Assembly (NCBI RefSeq): GCF_000143415.4
Contig: NW_003314307.1
Coordinates: 910,952 to 974,951 of the forward strand
From: Selaginella moellendorffii
Taxonomy: Eukaryota > Plantae > Lycopodiophyta
Direction: 5' to 3'
DNA: 64,000 bases
The notes beneath the pieces are model-generated. The model was not told where the DNA came from, did not search any database, and saw only the letters and a program-made list of their open reading frames with translations. A program made the translations under genes and the position numbers. Shown in pieces: positions 38,460 to 51,566 of this stretch. Within the stretch, counting starts at the first letter, position 1. The number at the start of each line of letters is the position of its first letter.

Positions 38460-38499
38460 CTCTTTGTAAAGCACCCAGCATTTGCTGGGCAAGTACTCG

Positions 38500-41160
38500 T
38501 ATTCAAATATAGATTCTAGGATATTTTAATAGCTAATAGTTGTTGTTCATTTAGATTAATATTTTTATTTATAATTTATAATCTTTCCTAAACACTTTCT
38601 AGTATATTCTTATTTATTCTACTATTGATATGGAATAATATTAATCTTGACTCATAAATTATAAATATGTTTATAACCATTGATCAATTAAAATACTCAA
38701 TGAATGATACTAAGTATTGTCTCTCATATTTTTTGTCCTTCACCATGGTGTGCCAGCTAAGACCCTTTTGCGTCTTTTCAGGTACCATCTTTGTTTGGGT
38801 TTCATGGACGGCTCCATCAACCTTGCAAAGTTTACCAACCTCCCAAGAAAAGCTTTTCTCTCATTGAGCAAGAGTAGTGGATTCCATCCAGATTTCTCTC
38901 CCAGATCTGTGAGTGGAGCCTCTTCTCTGCTAAGTCGCTGTGTGCCTTGAGCGCCACCATGAAAGTCTGAGCGTTTGGCTGCTGGCTTGCTCATAGCACT
39001 CAAGAGCAAAGGTTGTTCTCAGCATATCCCAGGAAACAATGTTTTCCTACTCCATGCAAAGTCTCAGCGTTTGGAGACAGGCCAGCTTCTTGTTCCATCT
39101 GATAGAAGATGTGCTGTCCCATGATGATCGTGTTCCAGGCAGCCAACGTCATGTTTATTTGTCCTCCTGAACACTTCTGATGCTTCCACATGTCCACGAG
39201 GCTGCTTGTGACGAATGCATCGGCTTTGTATTCACAATTTGCGAGGTAGACCAACCTATCCTGTTCTTCGTCCCATCCTGTTCAACAACCTGTGTTGCAA
39301 GCCGCAGTGTAGACTTCGACCATACTTTCACAATTGCACTTCCTTGATTCCCGGCTTGACTCTAGAGAAACTTATCTGGCTGCTATGCCCTGCACTGCTT
39401 CTTCTCATCGAAATTGAGATTTGAGCGCCTGCAAGAACAGAGAGCAAAAGTAGTACGTTACCTTTTCTCAAACCTTTCGTCTCAAGCAACTTCTCTGGCC
39501 TTTGGAGGTGCACTAACGTCTGCCTCTAGAGGATAGCTCAGTCAAATCGAAACTTGGTAGGTTCTTGCTCTATTTTCCAGTCCATGTTCCGAGCCAGCTG
39601 TGCAATAACTTCCAAGTCTGGTTATGTGATCTTCACTGTCCGTGAGCAAGAGCCTGCTGTCTTCTTGCTCTGCAACTTCATCTCCTTGAAGATTGTTTGT
39701 ACACAATCTTCCATGTGACAACGCATGCACTGTGCTGAGTTACGCATCACTGCCAGTGTTGGCAGGACACTTTGAGGAGAATCCTAGAGTGCCATTGCTG
39801 TGCGAACCACGAGTGTGAGCTTCCAGCTGTTTCGTCTCAGTCGGAGGATCGTCCACCACAACTTCGATCTGCCACCTGGGATCCTGAAAGATCACATTAC
39901 TGCGCTGCTTCCTTCGAGATAACATCCATCGCACGAGCAAAAAGCACGCGAGCAGCACCAAGATCGCAACCAAAACCCAGAGAAGAAACTGGAGCAGCGA
40001 CCACGGCGTCCTCCGAACCACTGTAACTACTGCTGCGGGTGTTGGTGTGGCCACTGCTGCGTCGTGACCGTCGCGACGATGGTGGTGGTGGTTGTGGCGT
40101 CCTCCATGGTGGTGACCATGGTGATGGTGGTGAACAACCAGAGGAGCTCCATCACCGTGATGATGATGGTACACTGCTGCTGCTGGAGCTGGATGGTGGT
40201 GGCGGGCATGATCGAGGATAGCAGGCGTTGGAGCTTGATGAGCAGGGTGGCCGTGAGCAGGGTGAACGAAAGCAGCTGGCGCTGGGGCTCGATCTGGAGC
40301 GTCACCTTGAAGAACTGGAGCTAAAGCTGGCGCTGGCTCGTGGCCTTGGTGTCCATGGTGGTGTGCTGGATGTGCTGGAGCTAGAGCTGGAGCTCGCGGG
40401 TGTGAAGCTCGGTGATGGCCGCCATGCCAGGGCGCTTGAGCTCGGTGGGCAAGCATTGGGGCGGCGTGAGGGCGAGAGACCATAGCTTACCTGACGAGAG
40501 CTTCGACAATAGAAAAATCCAAGCGAGAAAGATTATAACCTAACCCTTGACTTAGAAAAAATAAAGAGGTACTTTTGGCTTTGTGAAAAAAAAAACAAGT
40601 GGACTTGAGAGCTGGTGACGCTGTGGATTGTCAGCAAGGGTGCCATCGGGGTTGAGCATGCCAAAGAGCCCAAACCTAGATGTGAACAGTGATTTAATCT
40701 CACAATCACGAAATGCTCTAGGTATTTCAAAAAGAGAAAAATAATTTTAATTTTATGGCAACTCGCAGTGAACGAAACTTTTTACTCACTTTTTCAAACC
40801 TCTGGAAACTTGGCACTCATTGAATGTAAGTCATGGAGTTCATAGAGACTCTCAGGCAACAATGTGCATAAATTACTTCCTTTTGCAAAAAAGTGGGAAA
40901 ATCTATCCATTGCTGTTTTGATATTCTCACAGTGCAACATAGCTCTATATTGATATTGATCCACAGCTCCTCCAGAGTAGAATCGGTCAAAACACCTGGA
41001 ACGATCCAAGAATCAAACATATTTGGAGATGCAAGTATCGATCCCAAAAATCCAAAGCTTTTCTTTTCACCATTCTAGTACTCATCCTGGGATTTCAAAA
41101 GCTTTTTAAGAGATGAGGTTTGGAAGGAACAGCAAGCTTTTATAGCTAAGCAGCTACATG
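38500..41160 (-). repeat. Block A', inverted duplicate of ~7230..14915 lacking the Copia
   Basis: Contains the empty site CAGACTT-GGAAG-TTATTGCA (~39601-39620, minus) and only the 3' end of tRNA-Ala (~41024..41045). Confidence 0.95.
39740..40483 (-). CDS. Second copy of the His/Pro/Ala-rich transmembrane ORF (247 aa)
   Basis: Near-identical to 8051..8782, with an in-frame 15-bp difference in the poly-His/Arg tract. Confidence 0.55.
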   Translation of the reverse strand: MVSRPHAAPMLAHRAQAPWHGGHHRASHPRAPALAPAHPAHHHGHQGHEPAPALAPVLQGDAPDRAPAPAAFVHPAHGHPAHQAPTPAILDHARHHHPAPAAAVYHHHHGDGAPLVVHHHHHGHHHGGRHNHHHHRRDGHDAAVATPTPAAVVTVVRRTPWSLLQFLLWVLVAILVLLACFLLVRWMLSRRKQRSNVIFQDPRWQIEVVVDDPPTETKQLEAHTRGSHSNGTLGFSSKCPANTGSDA

Positions 41161-42629
41161 GAAATGATATGTACATACTCAAGGTCATGAAATCTAATTT
41201 TGGCAACATCCTATGAAGTGTTCTAGGTTTAAGGCCGAGGGATTTGTGGAGAATACCCTCAAAAAGATGTTTGTGGAATCTATAGGATGGGCTGCTTGAT
41301 GTGTACGAGAGGGAACTCCTCTATTCCAGATCATCCCAATTTGATTTATATTGTGTTGGTTTTACGAATTGCTTTACTCATCCTCTTGAATAACATTGCA
41401 AAGCAAAACACTAGCCTTGTTCTTGTTGTTTAAAAAGAACTTAAAATGGCATCTCTCTCAAATAGCTATCACCATCAAGGATTATGCTTTATATAAAATG
41501 ATTTGCTAATACAAGGAGCTAGTAAATAATGAGCCAAGGGAGTTGACAATAATATTCTGATATACTAAAGAATATTCTATTAAGGTCTTAACTGCAAACA
41601 GTTTTATTAACCAGGTATTTTAAATAAAATTAGTAATTTAATTAATATTTACATTTGTTTAAATTACCACCATCTAATCTTTGTGGTAGAGGTTTTGTGT
41701 TATCACCAAAGATACCAAACACCATAGATCTATTATTGGTTTAGTTAAGCAAACTTGAAGTGGTATTAAATATAATTTGAACATGCTTGGATATTCTAGA
41801 ATATTTTACTATCTAATGGTTGTTGTTCATTTAGAACATTAATATCAAAGGTGGTTATAATGACAAACCAAAATAAATGTACAATCCTATCATTGATGGT
41901 GGTATTCAATAGAGCTATAAAGGTTTGGACTATCTATGATATTGTTCTTGAGTTGCAAGCCATTAACCAAAATTAACAAAAGATGCAAGAGGAGATGTAT
42001 GGCATAATGGCTATTATGTGTGGGAATATTAATGCACTTGAGGCCAGACATGGTGGTTTTCCAGTAAGACTTCCTTGATGGATTCAATGTAATATAAATA
42101 AATTAAATTATTTTTTTTTAAAAATAAATGCTAAAAAGGGGATAGTTCCATGTTCTATGCTCCACAGCTACTTCCAGATCATGCTACCACACTAGAGCAA
42201 GGGGGAATGACCTCAGACACTAGTTCATCATCTATTGCTTCAGCTGTGAATCACATTCATGTGGAGAAGTCAATTTGTCTAGTCAATCTAGATAATAGTA
42301 ATGTTATTCCTATTTATTTATTCAATAGAAGGTTATAATTACAAACATATTTATAATTTATAAACACTAATTGGAAAGCCAACATTCATTGTGACAACAA
42401 GGGGTGGTCAGAAGAAATGGTCCTTAGAAAGCACAATTTGGGACAGCGTGGTCTGGTGGATCAACCAGATGTCTTGGATGCATCAATGTCACCTTGCTTT
42501 GGAGGTCCTTGAGTCATTCAATCCAAACACCTTCAAGCTCCTATCAAGTTTGTTGATGGTCATATGTTGGTATATGAGTAAATTTTGTTAATTGAATCAT
42601 TTTAGGAACTAGATATTGTTGAGGAATCC

Positions 42630-43145
42630 ACTATGGGGGGTTTCAAATGTATAGTAGGTAAAGGTATAATTTAGCTTTCACTTGCGTGCTTATTTTTGTT
42701 CTTTATTCAGTTTGGGTCCAAGCCCAAACTCCATACTATATTAATTAGTGAAGTACCTATATTCTTGTGTTAGACCATTGGTATGTTGAAATAGTGCCAA
42801 ACTCCATTTGGCTCTATTTTGCATGTTAGTTCTAACATTAGGATGCTAGAAACTCTTGGATTATTCCAATATCACTTGGTGCCCCTATCCCTTCTTTCCT
42901 TAGGTTATACATTTGAGAGTCATTCTATGTTTCGCTTTCTTCACTCTTTAGGTTTCATGTTTAGAAGTTTGGCTCCATCCTTTCATTCAATGGCCTAAAG
43001 TTTTAAAACTTGAGTTTTACTCTATTGTCCTTAGACATGTATGTGCTATATAGCAAGTGATATGTGGCACATAGAGGGTTTAGGTTCTTCTTCGTGGTTA
43101 TCCTATGGTAAATCATCATAAAATAAAGAGTAAAAATCACATCTA
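42630..43145 (+). mobile_element. Old degenerate fragment of the 1.13-kb LTR family
   Basis: TTGGGTCCAAGCCCAAACTCCAT and GGTTATCCTATGGTAAATCA match 63377ff and 63755ff. Confidence 0.7.
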
Positions 43146-43699
43146 TTATATTTATATATTGTATTTCTCAAGTCGTTCCCTTTGGTTGCTTACACTCTTC
43201 AAAGTAATTGAATTCTTTATCAATAAGAGTCCATTCCTATAAATTTGATTTTTGAATATTTTCTAAGAATCAAATTATAGCAACACACTAAGGATGGGTA
43301 TGGCACAATTAAAATTATACTGCAAAACATCAAAAGCTTAATTTGAAGAGGATATAACTATAGAAACAATATTATTAGGTGATAATAATGATATATCATT
43401 ATAACCTTAAATGACACACTCTTTGATCGATAATAGTATAGCATGGCAGTGTCAGTTTTTGAATTTAGACTTTCTAGGAAATCATTTAACCTAGTACTTG
43501 ATCAATAATAATGAGGCATGGTAGTGTAAGCTTATGAATATAACCTTCCCAAAAAGTCACCTAATCCATTATTATTCAAACAAAAGGATACTTAACCTCA
43601 AGTATTCTAAGACCCTTAAACAATTAGAAAAGAAGGTACACTCTTGTTTGTAAGCTTTTTCCTTTTATATTTTAACCCTTATAAATTATTTTTCGAATC

Positions 43700-44030
43700 G
43701 TTTCCTTTGATTGCTTACAGACAGAAGAAATGAATGCAATGAAGATTAAAAGAAGAATAAATTAGATAGTTATAATCCTAGATTTAGCAAAAGTTAATAT
43801 AGATCTAGATTTAAAAGAGAACAAAAAAATAAGAATAAAAGAACAATCCCAAACATTGAGCAAAACACTGCCAAAAACAATTTTCCTTTTAAAGATATAT
43901 TCTTTAACTCCACCATTATGAGTGTTTGGGATATGGGAATAAATACATTAATTGAGGTTTAGACCTGCTTATATACAAGAATGGAGATTTAGTCATAAAG
44001 GAAGGGTATATATAATTAGTATATAACACA
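43700..44030 (-). mobile_element. Highly decayed 5' UTR/PBS/LTR remnant related to the small-LTR Gypsy
   Basis: AGATCTAGA-rich leader, then CTCCACCA, then TATGAGTGTTTGGGATATGGGAA, similar to 22209-22245. Confidence 0.5.
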
Positions 44031-45478
44031 TTTAGTATACACATGAAAAACATGGCAGTAAAAGATTATTTCATGATGTGTTTAAAGAATTCAAGCACAT
44101 TTATATATCTTGTAAACTTATACATTCTTTTAATAGGCTACCTACTTCAGGTATACCTCTAAAACCTACAATTGCAAATTACTTGCCATAGTTACATGTA
44201 AATTATGTTTTAATTTGAATATAAATAAACTTAGAATACTTAAAAGTAAAAGTAAAAGAAGAAGAATTACTAAGAACTAATTTAAATATTACTTAATTAG
44301 GTACTTTGAATATGGATAAATTTAGAATGCTACCCAGATTTAAAAAGGATTACTAAAAATAATTATTATTACCAAAGTTTTACTTAATTAAAATATAAGA
44401 ACAATAAGATACCATGCTTCAGAATCCCAAGATGGAAAGGGTTTAAACATCCAGATTATGGCATTTAATCTTCAGACTTGCTTTAAAATACCTAGAGTGA
44501 AAGAATCTTTAAAAGTTTTAGGTATCTCTTGCAAGCAAAGCCAAGATCTTCACTAGTACCAGGATTGCAACAAGGGTCTTTTCTCTTCACAGCTCCAGTA
44601 CTCATTTTTTTTTATTCAGCGCAAGAGATTACCACTTAGTAAGAATTATTATGTTATTCTTATTGTGCTTTAGTGTGTTCGGCATGGATCCAAAGAGAGA
44701 AAGCCTACCAAAGAATAGATCCACCATTGCTGAGTCAAGGAGTCTTCCCAACTAAATTGGAATTTCATCAACCTGGCAAATTTCTTTATCTCATGACCAA
44801 GACTGAAACTTGTCTACTACCTAATCTACATTATGTGTTTTCTTGATGACTTTGCCTGGAACTCCAAGCCTCAAGAACTTGAATGGACTGGGATCATGCA
44901 CAGCTTTCAAGCCTGCTGATGCACGAGAAACAAAGAAACGGCTTTTACTCTGAGGTACGCACTTGGAATGGGATGACCAGCTTCAGGAATGACAAAAGTA
45001 AAATAGGAAGGAACCAGCAATGCTCATTCAGCTACCAAAGAAAATCCACTAATCCATGCGACCACGTTCAAACACCCCACGCCAATCCCTTGTAAACACA
45101 GCGGCCAGGAACAAATCCTTGAGCACCATCGATATATCGCGTGGATCGCTGAATGTGAGCTCGCTGCACACCCGCTTCACGCTTGCAGGAAGATCCCGTG
45201 AGAGATTGAATGATTCGGCCCTGCTCTACTCACCTGATCACTAGAAAATTATCCTCAGCGGGCGGATCATCCGCTGCCTGGGGTTGTGGAAGTCGCAGCT
45301 GCAGGGCGGAAGAGGAGCCGCGGTAAAAGGAGAATTTCTTTCTTGGAGCGTGTAAGGAAAACATCGGGGTTACCCCGCATCCGACGGCGCCGATTGGCCA
45401 AATCCGGCGGCCCACAAAATTCGGCTATCGCTACTTAAAAGAGTAGATAGGGTTCTTGATAGGGTTCTTGAGCGAGAG

Positions 45479-47225
45479 ATGGAGGGCGAGGGCGAGGGCG
45501 GGTTCGAAGAGGCGCTTCTAGGACTGGAGATGGCGCACGGGATGGAATGGCGTCCAAGGTCTGTGCTAGATCCTCCCCCGAGTCTCATCTTCGAAGAAGA
45601 AGCCGAACAGGAAGCCGGACAGGAGGCCGGACAGGGGATCCTCCAAAGAGGCGTGCGAGACGCCGATTTGGGGCCGGAAGACGAGTTTTGCTTGTCTCCT
45701 CTCTACCTTATCACGGGTAACGCGCACCTGGATGTTTCCGAAAGGGAAAAGTCGAAGATTCTAGGGGTTGGAAGCCTCGATAGTCCCAGGCATCTCATGG
45801 TCGCAGGTCAGGCTATAATGGAAAGGAACGCCATGGCTACTTTCAGGATGGACGCCCGCGGAGAAGAGGATAAGCTGGTGCCGGGGGTTTTCTTTCCCTT
45901 GAGCTCCAGCTATGGGGCCAGTGCTCGACACATGCTGAAAGACGAGAAAGGCAACGTCATGACGCGATGGCGGGCTGCCTTGGTCACAACTTTCAGGCCG
46001 GAAATGCTGTCGAAAGCTGCGACGCCCAGGGCGCTGTTGGAATTCAAGGAACTTCCAGTGGTCGCTGACGTGAAAACCGTGGATCCTGTGCTGGATGTCA
46101 TTCACGCTGGAAACGGGGAGGCGTACTTGGAGAATGCAAATGCGGGTATCTGGGAGATTTCAAAACACGATAACTTTGGAGACTGCAAGAGGGCTACAAC
46201 ATCTCCAAGCTTTGCGACTTTCTGGTTGCCTTGTTCTTTGGAGGCCGAAGCTGAGGATGCAAAGAATGCTGCCTGCGGCATGGTCAGCTACCCCTGTAAG
46301 TTGTGTTACTCGCTTATAGTTTCTTATTTTTGCTCTCAGGTTCTTCTGATATCAGGAAAGTGCTGGAGAGTGGAGAGGAGCAGGAAAAGTGGGCATTGTT
46401 GAAAACGTACTCCTTTCTCGTTGAAGACGAGTACCGGAGGTGGGCTCTAAACGCTTGGACAGTCATCTCATATCCTTGGACTTTTATTGCAGCGAATTGG
46501 CGAAGCGCAACTCTGATCAGGATCTCCTGCAGTTCAAAATGGAGTTATCCAAAAGACTCGCACTCAATATCGAGAGTGCACTGAAAGAGTCGTTTTGTGG
46601 TTTCGTAGACGGTGACTCCATTCTCAGTGTAGGCAGGGTTGTCGATTACAATTCTACAATGGTGGCAACGTCTCTTTCTTCGCTCTCTGGATCATCTGGA
46701 GCTCCGATTGTAAGTTTGTCGTTTGAATTGGCCCTTGATGGAATTGTTTCTTTTTATTACAGTTCCTTTTACAACCGGGGTTGGACCTTGTGTTTTTTGC
46801 AGTACATAACGGGGCACCTCTAAGAGTAATCTTGCTTCCTTTCTTTCTTTTTCTGTGTTCTCTAATGAGGTCTTTTTTACAGGCGGCAAACTACAATCTG
46901 GCGACTTCTACGGATAATCCAACCTTTGTTCTACAATACTTGTCCGTAGTTCTAGGCACTTTGCCATTGCCGTCACATAGCTACTGGAATGGGCAGCGGC
47001 GGAGGTTGCGTGCTTTTGAGCGTTGGCTGGTAAGTGAAAAGTGTGTTTGATGAAGGTGCCTGTCTCATATATCTCATTCAGGCACGACACCTTGGAGTTC
47101 TAAGAGGCGTTGCAAACAGCCATGAACAGAGGGCCTGGCTTTCTCACGTTGAGGACTTTGTTGCTGCCAGAAGAAGAAGACTGGACCTTGGGTAGAGTTT
47201 CTAAGCAATAAAGGAACTGTGCCAA
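45479..47225 (+). CDS. Multi-exon gene of unknown function with a trypsin-like protease motif (3' end uncertain)
   Basis: Long first exon, then several ~45-60 nt GT-AG introns (e.g. 46296..46339). C-terminal STMVATSLSSLSGSSGAPIV...DGI/HNG resembles the GxSGxP catalytic-serine region. Confidence 0.6.
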
Positions 47226-47817
47226 GTGCTCTTTGAGCTCAGCCGTTGGATCTTGGCTGGTTATATTCCATAACCGGCCAATGCCAGGTTCTGAAGTGGC
47301 AAATGCCCAAGATTTGAGAAGAGGTACAAAATCCCTGATCATGTATAGAGCTTGAGTTAGAGGCATAAACACAATAGAGAGAAACCAATGGAGACAAACC
47401 AATGGTTTGTAGTGTTAAATACTCATAAAACATAAAAGAATATAAAATTTAAAATTTTAGGTGATAAAGATTAAAACTATAAATAAATTGCTATGCCTTG
47501 CATTGAGCAATGTTTGGTTTGCTTAATAGTAGTTTTATTATTATTTATTAATCTAATTGATCAAATAAAGTTTATAATTATAAGTATGTTTGTAATTCAT
47601 AAACACAAGATTAATCTTATTTCGTATCAACCATTAGATGATAGAATCAAAAAGAATATACTAGAAAGGGTTTAATAAAGTTTATACATGTTTATTCAAG
47701 CATATTCTAGGTATATTCATTACCATCCCTGTCCCCCTATAGGTTTGCTTAAGCAAACCAAAAAGGTTGGGAAAGATTAGAAGGCCCTTTGAGAAACGTT
47801 AATGTCTTTATTAACTA

Positions 47818-49545
47818 CTAGCAGTTGCCTAGCATATGCTACTTAGTTAGCAAAATATTGTTTTGATTGTTATAATTTTGTTATATTAAAAACTAAAATT
47901 AGAATAGTATAAAAAACAATTGTATTTCACTTTGAAAGAAGAATTAAGGGAATTATGCCTAGCAAATGTTAGGTGAACACAAAAATCAATTCCTATAAAC
48001 TTGATAATATAAATATTTAGAACAAAATATATTTTTAGGCATAAGTAAGAATAAATATTCATTGATAAAAATATTTGATACAAATTATTATTTGGAAATA
48101 TGAATATATTTAGAAAAATACCCAGCAAAAAGTAAACATGAAATTTCTATTATTAAAAATGTGATATATGTCAATTATATTTTTACATGGAATAAACTTA
48201 TATTAAGATTTTATTTAAAAAAAGAGAATACTTACTAAGAATAATTATTACTCAGTTTTATTAGCAAGACATTACTTAATTATGCAGTTTACTTAGACTA
48301 TTACTACCCAGATCTAGTCAAGAAAATAATTACTAACAAAATCTTTTGTAAATATATATGCTATAGAAACTCTAATTCCATATTATTATGTAATAAATAA
48401 AGTTAGGAAAAAGATTTTAATATATTACTGCTTAATCAAATACTGCATACATTATCTTTGTTTTTCTGATAATGAATTAAATTGTAAATAGTTAAGGCTA
48501 CATCTAAAAATATAATATGTACTCCTATTGTTGAAATTGTTTAATTTTTTTTATTAACATTTGAAGCTTTGATCATGATCCTACTCATTAAAATATTTGA
48601 TATACCATCACTTGGTGTTGAATTTCAGATGTTATAGTGATATTTAAACAGGCTATCTGTATAAAATACAGTTTTCTTATTATATTTACAAATACTGTTA
48701 AATAAAAGTATAAAAATTATTTTTGACCTTAAATATTCAAATATTATAGTAATTTATAAAACAGAATAAAATTAGGAGTATCGCAAAAATCAAATCAGGA
48801 AAAGAATGAAAACATCAAAAAAAGATGCCAAGAGTTGAAACATGCCTCTTTGGTGCCTTCTACGCCCAACACTCACCTCTAGCCAATGTCAAGTGCCTGG
48901 CACCACTGTCAGCACCTCTGCCTCGCATGCCCTAATGCCTTGCTCAGCACTCTAATGTAGTCTCTACTCAGCCAGCCCTCTCTCAGCGCCCTTTGTTTGC
49001 CCAACTTCTGCCAGTGACTCAGTGCCTTGCTAAGCACCCTAGCACATTCCTAGCTCAGTGCCTCCTCTCAGCACCTTTGCCAGCGCCTTAGGCCACTCTC
49101 TCACACCAACACCTCACTCAGCGCTCCAATACCACTTGGTGCCTCTCTCTCAGCACCTCTGCCAGCACCTCCGGGCCAGTCTTCATGGTCAACACTTTGC
49201 AGCACAACATCCAGCAGATGAACACTGCATTCCAGTGGAGCGGCACATCTGGATGCTGTGACACCTTGCTCTGATCAATCCTGCTCCAGTCGCCAGATCT
49301 TCCTCACGGGCTTGGGCTGCTGCTGCTGCTTGACACATTTGCATGCGACATGCATCACTGCACCTTCCTCTCCCGCCCCATGCAGCTTGGCCGCTTCCCA
49401 TTCACCTGGAGCAAACATTAGCGTGATTATTCGCTAACACGTGGTTAAAGAAATAACCCCTTTACAGTTACCCCCCATCAGACGGCTGTGATTAGCTAGA
49501 TCTGGCAGCCCAGAAAGTTTGGCAACTCCTCCTTATTTTGATAGA
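47818..49545 (-). mobile_element. Non-autonomous Helitron with different cargo
   Basis: On the minus strand it begins A|TCTATCAAAATAAGGAGG, and the first ~150 bp are homologous to 24405 and 36622. It ends with TAGCATATGCTA hairpin plus GGCAACTGCTAG|T. Confidence 0.75.
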
Positions 49546-49604
49546 TTAACTAATAACCTTTATTAAGCCAAGAACCAATAAGGGATATATTATATTTTAA
49601 GTAG

Positions 49605-50230
49605 CCTGGAGGTGCTGGTTCCCCTTGGCTCAGAAGGGGTTGTTAGTCAATAGTCAATGAGGACATTGACATTTCTAAAGGGGGGGTGAGTGTAGCGCAT
49701 GTGATCATGGGATGAGATTTGGATATATTATCACCGTAGATCCTTGGAACTTTAGGGGATAAATAGGGATAAAATAACCATTAAGGGCTCTCTCATCAAG
49801 CAATTGCCCCTTTTTCAGTTAGCTTAAGGGGAGAGAAATAAAGTGCGCTATAGATGGAGCTTAGTCTGGATGGCTTGTTTTTGCCCAAACCTCACCATGA
49901 TTGATAATCTCACTTTTTCTTAATTCATTGTAAATTGCTTAAGCTTCTTCTTGTGTTCTCTTCTGTAAAGGATAATGAGTTAGTTGAGTGGTTGCAAGCA
50001 TATAATTTAATTTATTTATATGTCTTATGAATAGAAATATAGAAGTAATATAATTAATTAAACGTTGATTGTATTGCACATATAGTCAATGAGGACATTA
50101 ACATCTTAGAAAAGGGGGGTGAGTATTGTGCATCTAGGGATGAGATTTGGACATATTATTATTATAGATCTTTGAAACCTTAGGAGATAAATGGGGATAA
50201 AATAACCATTAAGGGGAGAAATAAAATGTG
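49605..50230 (+). mobile_element. Two partial TRIM units
   Basis: TAGTCAATGAGGACATT...GGGGGGTGAG then TGTAGCGCATGTGATCATGGGATGAGATTTGG, homologous to 61290..62000. Confidence 0.75.
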
Positions 50231-51033
50231 TTACACTATTGAGCACAAATGCTTTGTAAATAAAATTTTATTACATCTTTATAAGATGCTACCATCCACA
50301 AACCAGTCACACAGAGAGATAGTTGTTCTTTCCTATTCTCTCTTACCACCTCTTCAATTTGTTTTTAGAAATATATCATTGAAATTTTTTTGTCTTCCCT
50401 CTCAAAGCAAGCAATGTAGTCTTAGCAACATAGGTTCTAGTGTCACCTTAGAGCCACCTAGAAGAGGAGGTTAAGGGGCTGTGCAAGCCCATTACCACTA
50501 AGAACATAGTGAACTGAACACAAGCCCCCTCAATAAGTTGCCCTTTTGACCATCTTTAATAGGGTAGGCAGAAACTAGTTAAGTGATATTGGACACATTT
50601 TTATCGTATTAGTACAATTCTGGAGAACTTATTTGTGCCATATAAGCAATAATACAAGTGCTCTAGAATTATATAAACCACATCAGCCACATAGGTATTG
50701 CAGTAAAATTCTTGACAATAAATAATCTGGATCCAACAGTCAACAATGATATAACCCGCCCATTAATAGTGCTTCTCAATAGCTAAAACAGTTTATAATT
50801 AACATGTATATAACACAACTATAAAATGATAATATTCTGAGATACCAACTTCCTCATTTAGCAGTTTTTCATTAAAATTTCTTATTTTGAGGAGCTAATA
50901 ATATTATATGTGAGTGCATAAATATAAATATAAATATCGTTTATTTAAAATATATATTTATATAGATAATTTTTAAGAACATTTTCATATTAATTAGAAC
51001 TTCAAAAGGACAAGCAGGCGGGAACTCAAAGTT

Positions 51034-51414
51034 CTAAGGCGAACGAGTAGCAGCCGCCTTGTCACTCACCTGTGAAGGCTTCTCCATCACGCGGCTCTTG
51101 ACTGCATCCAGGCGCTGTGATCCAGCCGGGCGCCCGCCCCTCGCATACCTATAGATCCAGGTAATGGTCGCCACCAAAGCGATGAATGCCACCGCCGCCC
51201 CCGTCGCCAGGATCGCCAGCGGCACCAGGATAGGGCTAAAAAAGAGGAGGATCGGCGAGACGAGCAAGAGTACCACGGCGCCGCCCCCCAGCGCCATCGC
51301 TCCCACTGCCAGGATCGCCAGGATGCCAAGAACGCGGCGCGCAGAGGATCGCTGCTTGAGATGCTGGAGCGTGATGCCGGAATCATTGGATTTGGACTTG
51401 ACGAGATCGCCCAT
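51034..51414 (-). CDS. OLE: Oleosin (126 aa, intronless)
   Basis: Proline knot PILLFFSPILVP (PX5SPX3P) within a long hydrophobic hairpin, followed by WIYRY..G.RPAGSQRLD. Start taken as MGDLVK at 51414. Confidence 0.93.
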   Translation of the reverse strand: MGDLVKSKSNDSGITLQHLKQRSSARRVLGILAILAVGAMALGGGAVVLLLVSPILLFFSPILVPLAILATGAAVAFIALVATITWIYRYARGGRPAGSQRLDAVKSRVMEKPSQVSDKAAATRSP

Positions 51415-51558
51415 GGCGATCGAAGAGCTTGTGATTGATGGACTGGAGATGGAGAATTGGAGCTGTGTGGGAAAGACGAGGAGATCCATTGGTTTTTTAT
51501 TTGGATTTGGGGCTGGCATGGGCGTAGCACCTGGCAGCCTGTGGCTCACACGGAGGAT

Positions 51559-51566
51559 TGCATGCA
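51559..51566. promoter_or_regulatory. RY element (TGCATGCA) ~150 bp upstream of the oleosin ATG
   Basis: CATGCA core reads on both strands. RY motifs are B3/ABI3 sites in seed-plant oleosin promoters. Confidence 0.45.

Larger units (their letters stand above)
36622..38499 (+). mobile_element. Non-autonomous cargo Helitron, copy 2
   Basis: Starts TCTATCACAATAAGGAGG and ends with hairpin plus CTCG|T. Same cargo as copy 1 plus an extra ~170 bp. Confidence 0.8.
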
